Source: Thecamonas trahens ATCC 50062
Lineage: Eukaryota > Protista > Apusomonadida
Direction: 5' to 3'
Length of the DNA stretch: 64,000 nt
NCBI RefSeq assembly: GCF_000142905.1
Contig: NW_013657671.1
Location: forward strand, 372,001 to 436,000
Shown here: positions 1 to 12,257 of the stretch, one piece after another
Position numbering within the stretch: the first letter of the stretch is position 1
Layout of the letters: every line of letters begins with the position of its first letter
Notes under the pieces: generated by a model
Seen by the model: the letters and a program-made list of their open reading frames with translations, nothing else
Told to the model about the DNA's origin: nothing
The model's database searches: none
Position numbers and translations under genes: made by a program

Positions 1-739
1 TGACGCGGTTGTTGCCCAACGGCGGATCGCCGAGGCGCTGGCTCGTGGAGAGTCCGGCCCGGCGGTCGAGGCCGCCATCAACAGCTTCTGGGGCGCCATG
101 GAGGCCATGGTCGAGAACCTGAGCCTGCCGTCGTTTCTGGGCGGTGGCGGCAGCGGGCTGGGCCCGGCAACGAGCTCGCCGGCCGAGGGCGACGACCTTA
201 TGGGCACCTCGTTCTTTATGGTTCCCGACCCGTCCGAGGCCCGGTCCAAGGACGACGAGATCCGGCGCCTCCGCCGCGAGATGCGGGCCATCATCGACGA
301 AGGCCGTAGCTTCCAGCTCAAGTCGCGGCAGCTTGCCGACGAGAACGCGCGGCTCAAAGCTGCCATTGCCACCTTCCAGTCGGACCTGCGCCGCAAGGCC
401 CGCGTCCTCCGCCAGGACTTGGCGGCCTCGGTCTCGTCGCTCGTCGAGCTCCACTCGTCGCAGCTTGCCGAAGACATGATGAGCCAGTCAGCAGTTCTGC
501 GCCACTCGGTCGCGCCACCACCGCGGCCGCGCTCTGGCTCTGGCTCACCGGACGGCGCGGCTTCTGACGAGGCTGCTGCCGCGGCTGCCGAGACTGAGAA
601 GCTCAAGGCTGCACTGTTGCGCCAGAGCCTTGTCATCGCCGGCCTCCGCGACAAGGTCGCCAAGTACGACGCCAGGTGGGCCAAGCTCAAGGCCGAGGCT
701 AAGAAGCGCCGGCGGAGCAAAGACTCTGCCGCGTCCTGA
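1..739 (+). CDS. 5'-truncated coiled-coil protein, possibly Atg38/NRBF2-like
   Basis: Frame is open from base 2 (DAVVAQRR...INSFWGAMEAMVENLS). Two coiled coils. The C-terminal 'LRDKVAKYDARWAKLKAEAKKRRR' recalls the fungal Atg38-type 'RWxxLKxxAxxRR' tail (from memory, not searched). Confidence 0.6.
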   Translation, partial: DAVVAQRRIAEALARGESGPAVEAAINSFWGAMEAMVENLSLPSFLGGGGSGLGPATSSPAEGDDLMGTSFFMVPDPSEARSKDDEIRRLRREMRAIIDEGRSFQLKSRQLADENARLKAAIATFQSDLRRKARVLRQDLAASVSSLVELHSSQLAEDMMSQSAVLRHSVAPPPRPRSGSGSPDGAASDEAAAAAAETEKLKAALLRQSLVIAGLRDKVAKYDARWAKLKAEAKKRRRSKDSAAS

Positions 740-752
740 CGCTCAACACTGT

Positions 753-2123
753 TTACTTGAGTGGGTGATGGCGCTTGGTGGCACCTGCGCCTACCTTCAT
801 CGCCTCCTCCTCGCGCGCAACGCTCTCACTTGCGCCCGCCTCCTCTCCGCCAGTGCTAGCACTTGCCCGCAGCCGCTTGTTGCCGCGCTTGGGTGAGGTG
901 CCCGGCGGCGGCTCATCGGGTGGCTCGGACCGGATGCCCTGGACGGTGACGGCAAACCGCGCCGAGCCCTGCGAGTGCGATGGCGACTTGAAGAGCAACG
1001 CCAGACGCGCGCCGTTGTCCCAAAACAGGTTGACACGGACGGTGGCGGCATGACCCCACGACTCGCCGAGCGCTGGCGCTAGGTACGCATGGCCCTGGGA
1101 GATGCCGCGGGTCGTCACCTGGTTCATCAGTACCACCGCGAGTCCGGCTTTCTCCGCCAGCAGTGTCAGCGACTGCGCCATCCCGTTGAGCACCCGTGTT
1201 CGCACACCCATGTTGGCAAAGTCGTGCCGAAAGTGAAAAGCAACCGAGTCGATGACCACCAGCCGCACGTTGCCCAGCTCCTCCACAATGCCCGGCAGCA
1301 GGTTGATGAGAGCAATTTGCTCCACGTACGAGTGAACCCGATAGTAGGCGATAGAGCTGAGGACAGACTCAAGACTGAGCCCGTGGGCCACCCCATCGGC
1401 CGCCGCCTGCGCGTCGAGATGGCTCACCACCGCAGACGCAATCTCCACCGCCCGCTCCACCACAAACGAACCCTCTGTGTCGATGTAGATCGCGCTCCCG
1501 CCGGCGCCGCCAAAGGCCTCGGGAATCTGCACATCCACCGCGAGCTGCATCCCGAGCTGCGTCTTGCCGATGCCCGGCGCGCCCGTAAACTCGGTCACCT
1601 TGCCCAGCGGCACCCCGCCGCCGAGCATCTCATCCACCTCGGCGCAGAACGTGATGATCGGCACTTGCTGCCGCTCTTCTAGCAGCAACGCGTACGCCGA
1701 CCGACCGACCTCTTCCGCCCCACTTTCCTGCGCCGTTCCGCCTCCTACCAGCGCCGCTAGCGACACCGCCGCGCTCCTGCCGCTGCCTGCTCCCTCGCCC
1801 TTGCCGCGCACCGCCCTCAGCACGTCCAGCGCCTGCCGCCGCGTGATCCCTGCAGCCTCAGAGAGCGCCACGGCACCCACTCCACCCACATCGTCGGTGG
1901 TGTGAAAGCCAGCCCTACTCAACGCGCCCTGCTCTCATTGCGTGAGTTGCACAAAAAGGTCGTAGTTTGGAAAAAGGTCGTAGTTTCCACGCCGTCGTTC
2001 CGTCCCCCCTACCACCACCGTCCCCCTCCCCTCCCCCCCTCCCCCCCCCCCCCCCACCCCTCACAGCTTCCATGGCCTTACCTGCACAGACGGCGGAATG
2101 GGAAGCGTCGACAGCGGACGCAT
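753..2123 (-). CDS. RAD51C: DNA repair protein RAD51 paralogue C; exons 2123-2082 and 1928-753
   Basis: Walker A GAPGIGKT, 'QLAVDVQIP', 'YIDTEGSF', Walker B 'LVVIDSVAFHFRHDF', 'PALGESWGHAATVR'. Intron 1929-2081 (GTAAG...ACTCAC...CAG) restores the N-terminus MRPLSTLPIPPSVQGALSRAGF. Confidence 0.93.
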
Positions 2124-2274
2124 GCTGCCTACCCGCGTCCTCGAGTCGAGTGCTGCTGTCGACCGCCGCTCGCCCGCCGCCGTCGTCGCCTGCCGCCCTC
2201 CCGCCGCCCATACCGTCACCAGCGTCACTATCCCCTTCCGCAGACGGCAGTGCAACAGTAAGCATGTGACTAAT

Positions 2275-5200
2275 TCATTCCGTGGCCGAAAACTCGTTCT
2301 CATCAAGGGCAAAGTTGAGCTCATCAAGCTCGATTGAGGTGAGTGTCATCGGCCGCTGCCGCGTGCTCTGCCGCGCATCGGCTACCTCGCGCAGATGCAC
2401 CGTGTCGTCGAGAACCGCAAGAAACTGACCAGTTGCTCGAAGAAGGTTGGCGTCGGCTTCAAAGTCATGCAACTCGGTCGTCATCATCGCCACGATCCGC
2501 GAGTGTCTGCTCTCGGTTGTTGCAAACTCGTTCGACCGCGACCGCCGGATGTGCCGCAGGTCGAGAACGATGGCACACAAGCTCACCATCACCAGCACCG
2601 CGAGAATGACACAGAGGATGACAAGCAAAACGGTCGAGTCGACTGCCACATCGCGGCGATCGAGATAAGCACCGCCGACCACAAGCACGCCCACCAGAAC
2701 AACATGCAGCCAGAGGTCGATGTTGTTGTACAGCGGGTTGTAGTACGGCTGGATGCGCGCGAGAATCACCACGTTGCCCACGAGCACGCCCAGTAGCAGC
2801 CCAATCTGTGTCAGCTGGTACTCGGAGACAAAGAGGAGGACCAACACGAGGACAAGTCGCTTGATCAAGTTTGCCACCTCGCCCCAGTAGTACGCCTTGC
2901 GGTAGAGCCGGTAGAGCGATCCGAGTCGCGCCGTCGTCTCGGGCTCGAACAGAGTCGTCGACGACGCGTACATCATGCCGGCGAAATAGGCCGGCATGCC
3001 GATGACAAAGATAATGACCATGGCAGCGCCGAGCGGAAAGACACTCCACCACGAGCCGTTGAAGCATGCCGAGCCGGGGTCGGCATCGAGGACGTAGCTG
3101 CCGTTTGGCATCCGGGTGCAGTCAAAGATGATGAGCGCGAGCTTGGAGAGCGGAAGGTATGCCACCGGCCCGAGTGAGAACGTAAGCATGTCAAGCAAGA
3201 CACGGATGGAGATGTTGCCGAGCGGTGCAAATCGCGTAAATGGCCTCATGCCCGACACGGCCCGCAGAGCGATAAGCAGAGCGCTGGTGAGCCCAAAGAC
3301 CACAATCGGAACAACAATAGTCATGGCGTACTTGGCGTAGAACGAGCGAAGCACGCATTGCGAGCCGTACGCAATGTCCAGGTTCGCCACATCAAACGCA
3401 CCTAGCACCTGTCGCGCCCGCTTGCTCCACCCAAACTTGGCGCTTCCAAGAGCACTCACCACCTGAAAGGCAAAGACAACCATCGAGAGCGATGCCGGCA
3501 AGACCACCGTTCTGAACTTGCGGACATGTGCCGCCAGCGTCTTTCCGCCGCCTTGCTCCTGGCCAGCTGCCCGCGAGACAAACCAGCCGACACCGAGCGC
3601 CAGCGCAATCGCCACAATCAATGCGCCGACAAGAAAGCTTGAAAACGTCACAACAGCAATGTCTGGGCACCTGCGACACGCACCATCGGCTGCAGAGTAC
3701 CAACGGTCCTCGCACGTGTTGCACATGTACCCGCGATAGCCAGGCGCACACAGGGCAGCACCGCCGGCACACGCCGCGCGTCGATAGCACCGCAGAAACT
3801 GGCCAGGCTCACCGGGGTAGTAACCGGGCTGTGCCGTCGGCTGTTTCGTCCCGCCCGCGCACAACCCGCCGTTCGGGCATTCGGCGCACGCCACGCCGAC
3901 TCGTGCCTCCACATCAAAGTAGCCGACAGCACACGTGCAGTTGCCCACCTCTACCGAGCCGATCGATGACCGTGTGTTGGCTGGACATGCCAGGCACTCG
4001 GAGACCGTCGCCGCGTACGTGTTGACGTCGCAGATGACGCATGGACCCAGCGGCGTCAGCTCCACAAAGCCCGGCGCGCACACCGCCAGCACATCGAGCG
4101 CCCACGGCGAGCCGGGAAGAGGCACCGCTCCAATGCTGACCGACAGCAGGTATGCCCCCCCGTCCGAAACTGTGTACGAGCACGCATACCTGCCGTTTTG
4201 GGTGTCAACGCAGTCGACCGCGGCCTCGGCATCAGCCGACGCCATCCGCGCCGAGAGCACGTCACCGCCGCTCAGCCGCGCGTTGCCGAACCGGTCGCGG
4301 GTCACAACCTCAAACGTGGCAAGCTCGCCAACAACCGCCACAACGAGTCCGGGACCGCCAGCGCTGCTTTGCACCGCGTCCGTTGGCCCGGGTTGCACTA
4401 CAAGTGTGTACGGATTCGTCGCCAATGGCACCAGATTGACGCGCAGTGAGAGCGTGTACGTACCAGGTACTGTCGTCGTAAACGTCACATCGTGCACGCC
4501 AGCGCCTGCAAAGCTGGCGGCCGACACGGGTCCGGCCTCGAGGTTAAGGGCGACGTCATAGAGACCGACCACGTTGGCCGGGTTAGAGATGAGGATGCCG
4601 GCCTTGTTGCGGGTCGTCAACGAAAACGCCCACGTGTTGCCGGCAGGCATGACGTGGCCTTCAGTCGCCGTCGTTGTTGTAGTTCCTGGATCAACATCGG
4701 TTGCAATGACCAGCGCCGCCGCCGCTAGGCTTCCGCACCGCTCGGTCCCGACCCGCAGCACGATGGAGCACGATCCCGGCGAGGCGAGCTCGAGCCCTGT
4801 GATCGACTCGGTGAGAACCGAGCCCGAGCAGATGTCACCTGACAGCTCCCAAGAGTATCCGGCCTGGAACTCGGGATAGACTGTTGCCAGTGAGACGTTG
4901 AGCCGGGTGCCGACACCGGCAATCCGCACATCGCCCAGATCGGCGGCAATGCCTTGAGTCACAATCACGCGCGGAGGCGAGTCCTCAGCGACATGCACCA
5001 CGTCACGGACAACCGCGGCAGCCGTCTGCACACTGTGGTGGCCGAGACTGGGAAATGCTGCCACAGCCCATTCCGGCGTGGACGCCAACACCACGACTCC
5101 GGACGACCACACCCACGGCGAATTGTCCGACTTGGTGATGTTGATTTCGGTGCCAGCGCAAAGCGGCGTGACTGGAAATGTCACGTCAAGCTCACTCGCA

Positions 5201-6776
5201 AAGTCATACTGGAGCACGCCCTGGACCTGTACAATGCCACCGTTGCGATCGGTGACGTCTTCGGCGAGGCCAACTGCCCCGACTCCACCCGGGCCACTGG
5301 TGCCGGACGCTCCTCCGTCACCACCTCGCCCACCGGGCCCGGCAAGGCCGTCAGGCACAAACCCACCCAATCCACCTAGACCGCCTGGCGCAGGCGGCGA
5401 TCCCGGCCCACCAGGTCCACCCTGACCGGGAGACCCAGGCTCAGCATTGAGATCGGCGAGCACGCCGCCAGACCCAATTGCCACGTACACAGCCGATGAG
5501 CACCCTCCGCCGAGCCCACCTTTGCCGCCAAATCCGGCGCTACCCCCACCGCCCCCGCCGCCACCTCCGCCACCCGTGCCGTCTTGCACAGTGGGGTTGA
5601 GATCGTACGACTCGTAGCCTCCTCCGCCACCACCGCCGCCGCCACCACCACCACCACCAGCACGCTCGCCATCGCCACCCTGGAAAAGAAACCAGTAGCC
5701 GTTCGAGTGGCGGCCTTCCTGGCCAGGAAGGCCAGGACTACCGTCGACACCATCGGCGCCTTTGCTCCCCACATCGCCGACACTCCCCCAAACGCCACCG
5801 TCATAGTGCTTACCGCCGATTCCGCCACTGCCTCCTGCCGCGCTAGCCATCTCGTTGTGACTTCCGCCGGCCCCGCCAGTGCCACCCTTGGATGTCGACG
5901 TCGATCCCGAGCCTCCTCCACCACCGGATGCACCCGCCAGATCACTGGATGTGCTGCCCCTACCATCATAGCCAACTCGTCCATTCCGCTCCTTTCCAAC
6001 CACAGCGGGGCGCCTTGTCCCACGGGGTACATCCCGCCTCCAGTACCGCCATCGGCACCGGCGCCAAAGCCCGAGTTCTCTGTCGCATGGCCCTGGGAAC
6101 CCCGCAGGCCAGGTGAGCCAGGATTCCCAGCCGCGCCCTGCGCGCCAGGCCCTCCATCACTCGCATCGCCCGGCCGGATGTCACACCGCACAATCGCAAA
6201 GTTCGACGCGCCGTTGACGTGGACGCCGTACGTCGAGACGCCGTAGCTTGGACCAGGCGGCGCCGGCCCGCTGGTCACCACCAGATCTTGCAGCCGCCAC
6301 CCGGAGACGCCAACGGCTTCCACAGCCACATACGCATACTGCTCACCAACCACTACCTCGTGCATGCTGGGCCCAGTCCGATGAAGGCGGGTGGTGAGCT
6401 GGGTAGACTTGCGCCAGCGCCCACTTCCGCTGCCCAGCTCCTCATATCCGCCGTCGAGAGCCGTGTGGCCCGGCAGCGCCAGCGGCACCATCAGCGTGTA
6501 CGTCCCATGATGGATGCGGAGAGCGACAGGGTTATCTTCTTCTCCACACTCGCCAGCAATTGTCACACCCGTCGCAAGATCGACCGGGTTCCACCGGCTC
6601 TCGTTCTTCACGCTCGCATCGGTCGAGCCGCCCAGTCGAACGTAAACGGCGCCACCAGCTGCTTGAAGGTCCTCACATGGGCTCCCGCCCACCTCTGTCT
6701 GCACCATTATTCCAACGGTCACTACCACCACCACAGCTCCAATACGCCAGCTCAAGACGTCTAGTATGGGCCACAT
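2275..6776 (-). CDS. Large surface multi-TM protein (paralogue A): signal peptide, beta-rich N-domain, Gly-rich PGRS-like region, filamin-type Ig repeats, Cys-rich repeats, multi-TM C-terminus; one frameshift near 6000-6040
   Basis: ORFs 6776-5376 and 6003-2275 are together collinear with paralogue B. Filamin motif 'FEVVTRDRFGNARLSGGD...DTQNGRYACSYT...PLPGSPW'; CxxC..CP..CxC repeats; many hydrophobic helices. Confidence 0.8.
2708..3174. repeat. Left arm of a 467-bp inverted repeat (partner 10578-11044)
   Basis: Manual reverse-complement comparison shows only 2 mismatches, both synonymous. Confidence 0.92.
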
Positions 6777-7015
6777 GTTGAGTGTGGTGGCTCGGCTGTC
6801 ATGGCTGTCAGCCCTGCTGCCGCTCGCTCCAGGCTCCCCCCCCACGTGCTAACACGCACGGAACAACGAAAAAAAAATGGAATGGTATGCGCTGAAAAAA
6901 TGACTGGTTCCACAACAGCACATGCCTAGAGTCACCTAGACCCAGGACAGTGCGACGGAATGACGCACTTCTCCTCTCTACCACGTACACCTTGAACTGT
7001 GTACTGTGCGTAGTC
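6777..7015. promoter_or_regulatory. Putative bidirectional promoter between the two paralogues
   Basis: 239-bp, more AT-rich spacer with A-tracts between two divergent ATGs. Confidence 0.5.
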
Positions 7016-7848
7016 ATGGGGAGTTTTGTCTGGGGTGCTGCTCTCGTACTCGCCCTGGTGGCGCTTGGAGTGGTGCAGTCTGCGGCCGGCGCCAACACCT
7101 GCGACGACTTGCATCTACTTGCCGGCTCGACGGTCTTTGTCCTCGCCTCGGGCGGCTCGACGAGTGCCTCCAAGGATGCGACTCGGACCGAGCCAGTGGA
7201 TCTAGTGACGGCAATGGCAATCGCTGTCGACTGTGCAACCGCGTCGCAGCCACTGACGCTGGCTTTGCATGTCGGCACGTACTCGCTGTCAAGCGCACTC
7301 GTTCTCGCCTCGCACACTACTCTTGATGGTGGGTACACGTACGCTGGGGCCGGAATGTGGAGCAAGAGCAACAGTGCTGCCACAGTGCTGCATCGAACAG
7401 GAGCGAGCTACACAATCAACGCGCCTGACCAGGGCGCTTACATTGCGGTCGAAGCGGTGTCCAAGACCGACTGGCGACTGCAGGATCTGACTGTGGTGAC
7501 CGACGACGCGCCGGCGACGTCCGGCTTCCGCGGCGTCTCGTCCTACGGCTTGTACATCCGCAACTCGATAGATTATCAGATTGTGCGGTGCTCGATTGTG
7601 CCTGGCGCGGCATCTAGCGGCAAAGCCGGCGACGCTGGACTGGTCGGCGAGTTGGGCGAGTTGGGCGAGCCAGGCACAGATGGCAGCGACGACAATGGCT
7701 GCTTTTCCGGATACGGCGGCAATGGCGGCCAAGGAGGCGAAGGTGGCGGGGGCGGAGGTCTAGGCGCATCTCGATCAGGATCCTGCGATTCGACTGGCTT
7801 TTCTGGCTGGGATGGGCGGGATGCACCTGCGGCCACGCCGTGGAGCGG

Positions 7849-7879
<31 letters not shown>

Positions 7880-10800
7880 CAAAAAGATCGCCAGGGCGGT
7901 GCCGGCGCAGCTGGTGGCACATCGCCAGGCTCATTCAGCTCGGGAACAACACCGATTGTCACGGATAGTCATGGAAGGCATGGGAACCATGGATGGCCAG
8001 GGAACGTCGGGTCTACCGGATCGCCTGGCGGCGCGGCAAGCCACAATCTAGACTACTGGCAGCCGGGCGGAGACGGCGAGAGCGGAGGCCGCGGTTTTGG
8101 CGGAAGCGGTGGAAGCGGCGGATCCGGAGGCTTTGGCGAGGATTGTTTTGCGTGCTCGCTTGGTGGTGGTGGTGGCGGCGGCGGTGGTGGTGGCGGCGGA
8201 TCGGGCGGCTATGGCGGCGGTGGCGGCTGGGGGGGGCGGATGCTCTTCGGCGATCTACGCGGCGTCGGGAGCAGGCGGTCAGGTGCTGGATTGTTTTGCG
8301 CAGGCTGGATCTCCTGGCGCCGGCGGGCTTGGCGGACCCGGCGGGCCTGGTGGGAAGGGCGGCGACGGTGGAGCCCGAGGCATCGGGCTGCTTGGCGAGA
8401 CCAAGAATGGCGGTAAGGGCGGGCGCGGCGGCGATGGTGGAAGGGGTGGCAATGGTGGAGCAGGCGAGCCAGGCGAAGCGATTGATGTTTACGATGCTCT
8501 CGGCGCGGTGACCATCAACAACGACAAGTACCCTCTGTCGTCCGAGCCTAGCGTCTCAGTTGGCCCGTTCTCACTCTGTCTTGATGCCGAGGTCAATGTG
8601 AGCAAGTCGGACACCGAGCCGTGGTTATGGATGGCTGGAGCGACGGTGGTTGACGAGACGCCGAGAATGGCTCGAGTGGCGTTTGGCAGCGCTGGCCGGC
8701 ATACTGTAGGCTCGGCTGCCAATCCCGCCCGCGAGTTTGTGCATGTGGGCATCCCACCGCCGCCGCACGAAGTTTTGACGGTCGGGGCGAGCGGAAGCGG
8801 ATCTGAGCCGCGAGTGGCTGGTGTCGGCTCGGTGGTCAACATCTCTGTGGCTATCCACGCCGATGCCACCGGGTTCTACGAGTGGCGCTTTCTCGGTCCG
8901 CTCTGCTCCGGGACGGCCTCTGGGCGTAGCGCCGGCTCGATCGCTCTCCCAGCAGTCGGCTCATGCTCCATCCTGCTCCGTGTGGGGAGCAGCTCGTGCG
9001 GAGTGCTTGCTACAACTGCGACGGTGGTGGCGACCAACGTCGATGCCAGCGTGTCGACGACTGATGCGGCGGATCCGCAGATCTTGGCCGCCGGGCAGGA
9101 ATGGGTGGTCCATGTGATAACGAAAGAGTCGAGCGGCATTGTGGTCGATTCGGCGACGGACGTGGTGGGTCTCTACGACACTGCGTTTCCGCTCGCTGCC
9201 GGGCCTGTGTCCAGCCAGGTGTGGCTCGGCTCGGGGCAGCACTCGGCAACGTTTGTGTCGACAACACCCGGCGTGTATCAGCTTGATCTACGAGTCAACC
9301 TGGTGGCGATGACGCACAACCCGTACACGGTGACTGTGGTGCCTGCAGCGACGCACGGGCCTAGTTGTGTCACCAACGGCGGTGGGCTGACCAATGCTAC
9401 AGTCGGCTCGCTCTCCACGTTTGTGATCGAGGCCTTTGACGAGTACGGCAATGCGCGGGGCATGGGTGGTGATACGATTGTGGCAACAATGGTGGCCGAT
9501 TCCGGGGCGGCATCGGTGGTGTGTGTCGATGGGCGCGATGGGCGGTACACGTGCACGTACACGCCAGCACAGGGCGGAGCTTACCTGCTCACGGTCAACA
9601 TCGAGGGTCTGCCTCTACCTGGCTCGCCATGGCGGGTCGATGTGGTCGAGCACTGCGAGCTGGGGTTTATGACGGCCACGCTGGAAGGCCCGTGCACACT
9701 CTGTGCGCCTGGCACGTATTCCGACAGCATCTCTGCCCGCAGTTGCAAGGCTTGCCCGCTCCTGACGACCACCGACTCGGGCGCGTCGAGCATTGCAAAC
9801 TGCACCTGCGTGCCGGGCTACTATGAGCCAGGCGGGCGCGCCGGCACTGTGTGCATCGCCTGTCCGCCGGGCGCGTCGTGTGCTGGTGGGCTGGCGACGC
9901 CTGCACCACGGGCGGGCTTTTTTGCTACAGGACCCGAGACGTTTGTGCGGTGCTTTCGGCCCAACGCTTGTGATGATGGCGGGTGCGCGGCCGGTTATCG
10001 CGGGTACCTGTGCAACACATGCGCGAGCGGATGGTACTCGACCGACGACGGCGCGTGCCGACAGTGCCCCAAGGTGGCGGCCGGCTCGTTCTCGGGCTTT
10101 GTGCTCGCCGCGGTGGTGGTGGCGGCGGGGCTTGCAGTAGGAATGGGCTTTTTCATCTCACGCGCGGCGTCGCCGGACAACGAAGCTTCGGCCAACCGAG
10201 GCGGTGACTCGCTTGCGATGCACATACGACGGTTCCGGACCGTGGTCATGCCTGCATCACTCTCGATGACGGTCTTTGCTTTTCAGGTGGTGGGCGCGCT
10301 TGGAAGCGCCAAGTACCAGTGGTCGGGCCGGGCGCGAACGATGCTCGGCGTGTTCAATCTTGCCAACATGGGCGTGAGCTTTGGCTCACAGTGTGTGCTC
10401 CGCTCGTTCTACGCCAAGTACGCTCTCTCGATCTTGCTCCCATCGCTGGTGTGCGTGGTCACCTGCGGGACCCTACTCGCGCTCCGGGCGCTCTCGGGCC
10501 GGGTCGGGCTCCTGGCGTTCTTTGCGCCGCTCCGCGACAAGTCGCCGCGGGCACTCATCGACACGCTTGCGTTTTCGCTCGGGCCGGTGGCGTACCTTCC
10601 GCTCTCCAAGCTCGCGCTCATCATCTTTGACTGCACCCGGATGCCAAACGGCAGCTACGTCCTCGATGCCGACCCCGGCTCGGCATGCTTCAACGGCTCG
10701 TGGTGGAGTGTCTTTCCGCTCGGCGCTGCCATGGTCATTATCTTTGTCATCGGCATGCCGGCCTATTTCGCCGGCATGATGTACGCGTCGTCGACGACTC

Positions 10801-11405
10801 TGTTCGAGCCCGAGACGACGGCGCGACTCGGATCGCTCTACCGGCTCTACCGCAAGGCGTACTACTGGGGCGAGGTGGCAAACTTGATCAAGCGACTTGT
10901 CCTCGTTTTGGTCCTCCTCTTTGTCTCCGAGTACCAGCTGACACAGATTGGGCTGCTACTGGGCGTGCTCGTGGGCAACGTGGTGATTCTCGCGCGCATC
11001 CAGCCGTACTACAACCCGCTGTACAACAACATCGACCTCTGGCTCCACGCTGGCATCATCGCGGTGCTGACGGTCGGCGGTGCGTCGTTCCTCCAGCGGA
11101 GTGAGGCCAGGCCGGCAAGCGGTGGCGGCGAGGTGCGCCTCTTTGTGGCGCTGTGCGTGGCGGTGACGGGCCTTGTGGCGGCCGCCATTGTCGGCATTTT
11201 CCGTGACTGGAAGCACATTGCGCGAGCGCGGACCGACGCGTTTGCCACGACCGAGGTCCGACACGCGCACATCATCGCAACGATGACGACCGAGCTCAAG
11301 GACTTTGAGACCGATCCGGAGCTGCTGCGTGCGGCAGGCGAGTTCCTCCTCGTCCTTGACTCAACGGTCAAGCTTAAGGACAAAGACGGCGAGAGCGAGT
11401 TGTAG
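7016..11405 (+). CDS. Large surface multi-TM protein (paralogue B), same architecture as A; frameshift in G8 run 8229-8236
   Basis: Signal peptide MGSFVWGAALVLALVALG. Removing one G gives GGWGGGCSSAIYAA, matching paralogue A GGLGGGCSSAVYVA. Filamin, Cys-rich and TM regions are collinear with A. Confidence 0.85.
10578..11044. repeat. Right arm of the 467-bp inverted repeat (partner 2708-3174)
   Basis: Encodes the identical peptide LGPVAYLPLSKL...NNIDLW found in both paralogues. Confidence 0.92.
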
Positions 11406-11411
11406 CGCTAC

Positions 11412-12257
11412 TCACCAGTCGTCGTCAAAGAGATTGTCGACACCGACTTCGCCCGGCTGTGCGGCTGCGGTGGGCGCCGAGCGAGGGAATACAAAGGTAT
11501 TAAGGATAACAGCAACAGCGACAACGAGGCAGTAGTCGCCGGCGGCGAGCCAGAGCCAGGCGTAGGCAGCCTTGGCGATGGGGAAGAGGCCCATGACCAG
11601 ACTTCGTCCGGTTAGGAAGGTTCGTGCCGAAAGCGCAAAGCAGAGCGCGTAGATGAGCCAGTACATGGCAAGCGGCGGGAGGAGGAACGGGAGCCGGAAC
11701 GCATCGAGCGGTAAGGCGTAAGTCAGAAGCATGACCGCCATCAGGACCCGGACGAGCATGTCCGGCGGCGCGATGGCCGAACCGCCCGCAGCAGCGGGAG
11801 CCCCAGATACGGAAGGAGCACCACTTCCCCCCTGTCCACTAGCCATCCCAGCCAAGGCCTGCATCATAGCAGGAGCAGCACTTGCCACATCGCCATCACC
11901 GCCGCTCATCGCCGCCAGAGCCTGCATCATAGCCGGACCAGAGGCACTCGCCTCACCATCGCCGCCACCACCCATCCCGGCCAGGGCTTGCATCATGGCC
12001 TGAAGGGTAGGATCAACAGGCCCAGCCCCTGAAGCCGTTGCTGGCGGCATCATCTGCGAGAATGCCGGAGGTGTAGGGGCATGACTAGGGGCAGCAACAG
12101 GAGCAGCGATGGTGGAAGCGGTGGCAGTGGTGACCGGAGGAGGAGGAGGAGGAGTCGGGAGGTCGGCGCCTTCGGTCACCACCTTGAGCCGGGCTTCCTT
12201 CTGGGCGGCAAGTTTGGCCTTGCGCAGCCGCAGTTTTTCACGGCGGTCAACAGGCAT
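11412..12257 (-). CDS. Probable GET2/CAML-like tail-anchored protein insertase subunit
   Basis: Basic N-terminal helix 'DRREKLRLRKAKLAAQKEARLKVVT' (cf. Get2/CAML RERR...RL/I motif), a disordered linker with (P/Q)AMMQALA repeats, and about 3 C-terminal hydrophobic helices. Confidence 0.6.
   Translation of the reverse strand: MPVDRREKLRLRKAKLAAQKEARLKVVTEGADLPTPPPPPPVTTATASTIAAPVAAPSHAPTPPAFSQMMPPATASGAGPVDPTLQAMMQALAGMGGGGDGEASASGPAMMQALAAMSGGDGDVASAAPAMMQALAGMASGQGGSGAPSVSGAPAAAGGSAIAPPDMLVRVLMAVMLLTYALPLDAFRLPFLLPPLAMYWLIYALCFALSARTFLTGRSLVMGLFPIAKAAYAWLWLAAGDYCLVVAVAVILNTFVFPRSAPTAAAQPGEVGVDNLFDDDW

Noticed and set aside
1953-1987. Direct repeat AAAAAGGTCGTAGTTT x2 in the RAD51C intron
   Set aside because: Short local tandem duplication with no evidence of function.
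6013-6029. 17-nt GT-AG micro-intron that would repair paralogue A
   Set aside because: Far shorter than the other introns here (87 nt or more) and lacks the GTA(C/T/A)G donor.
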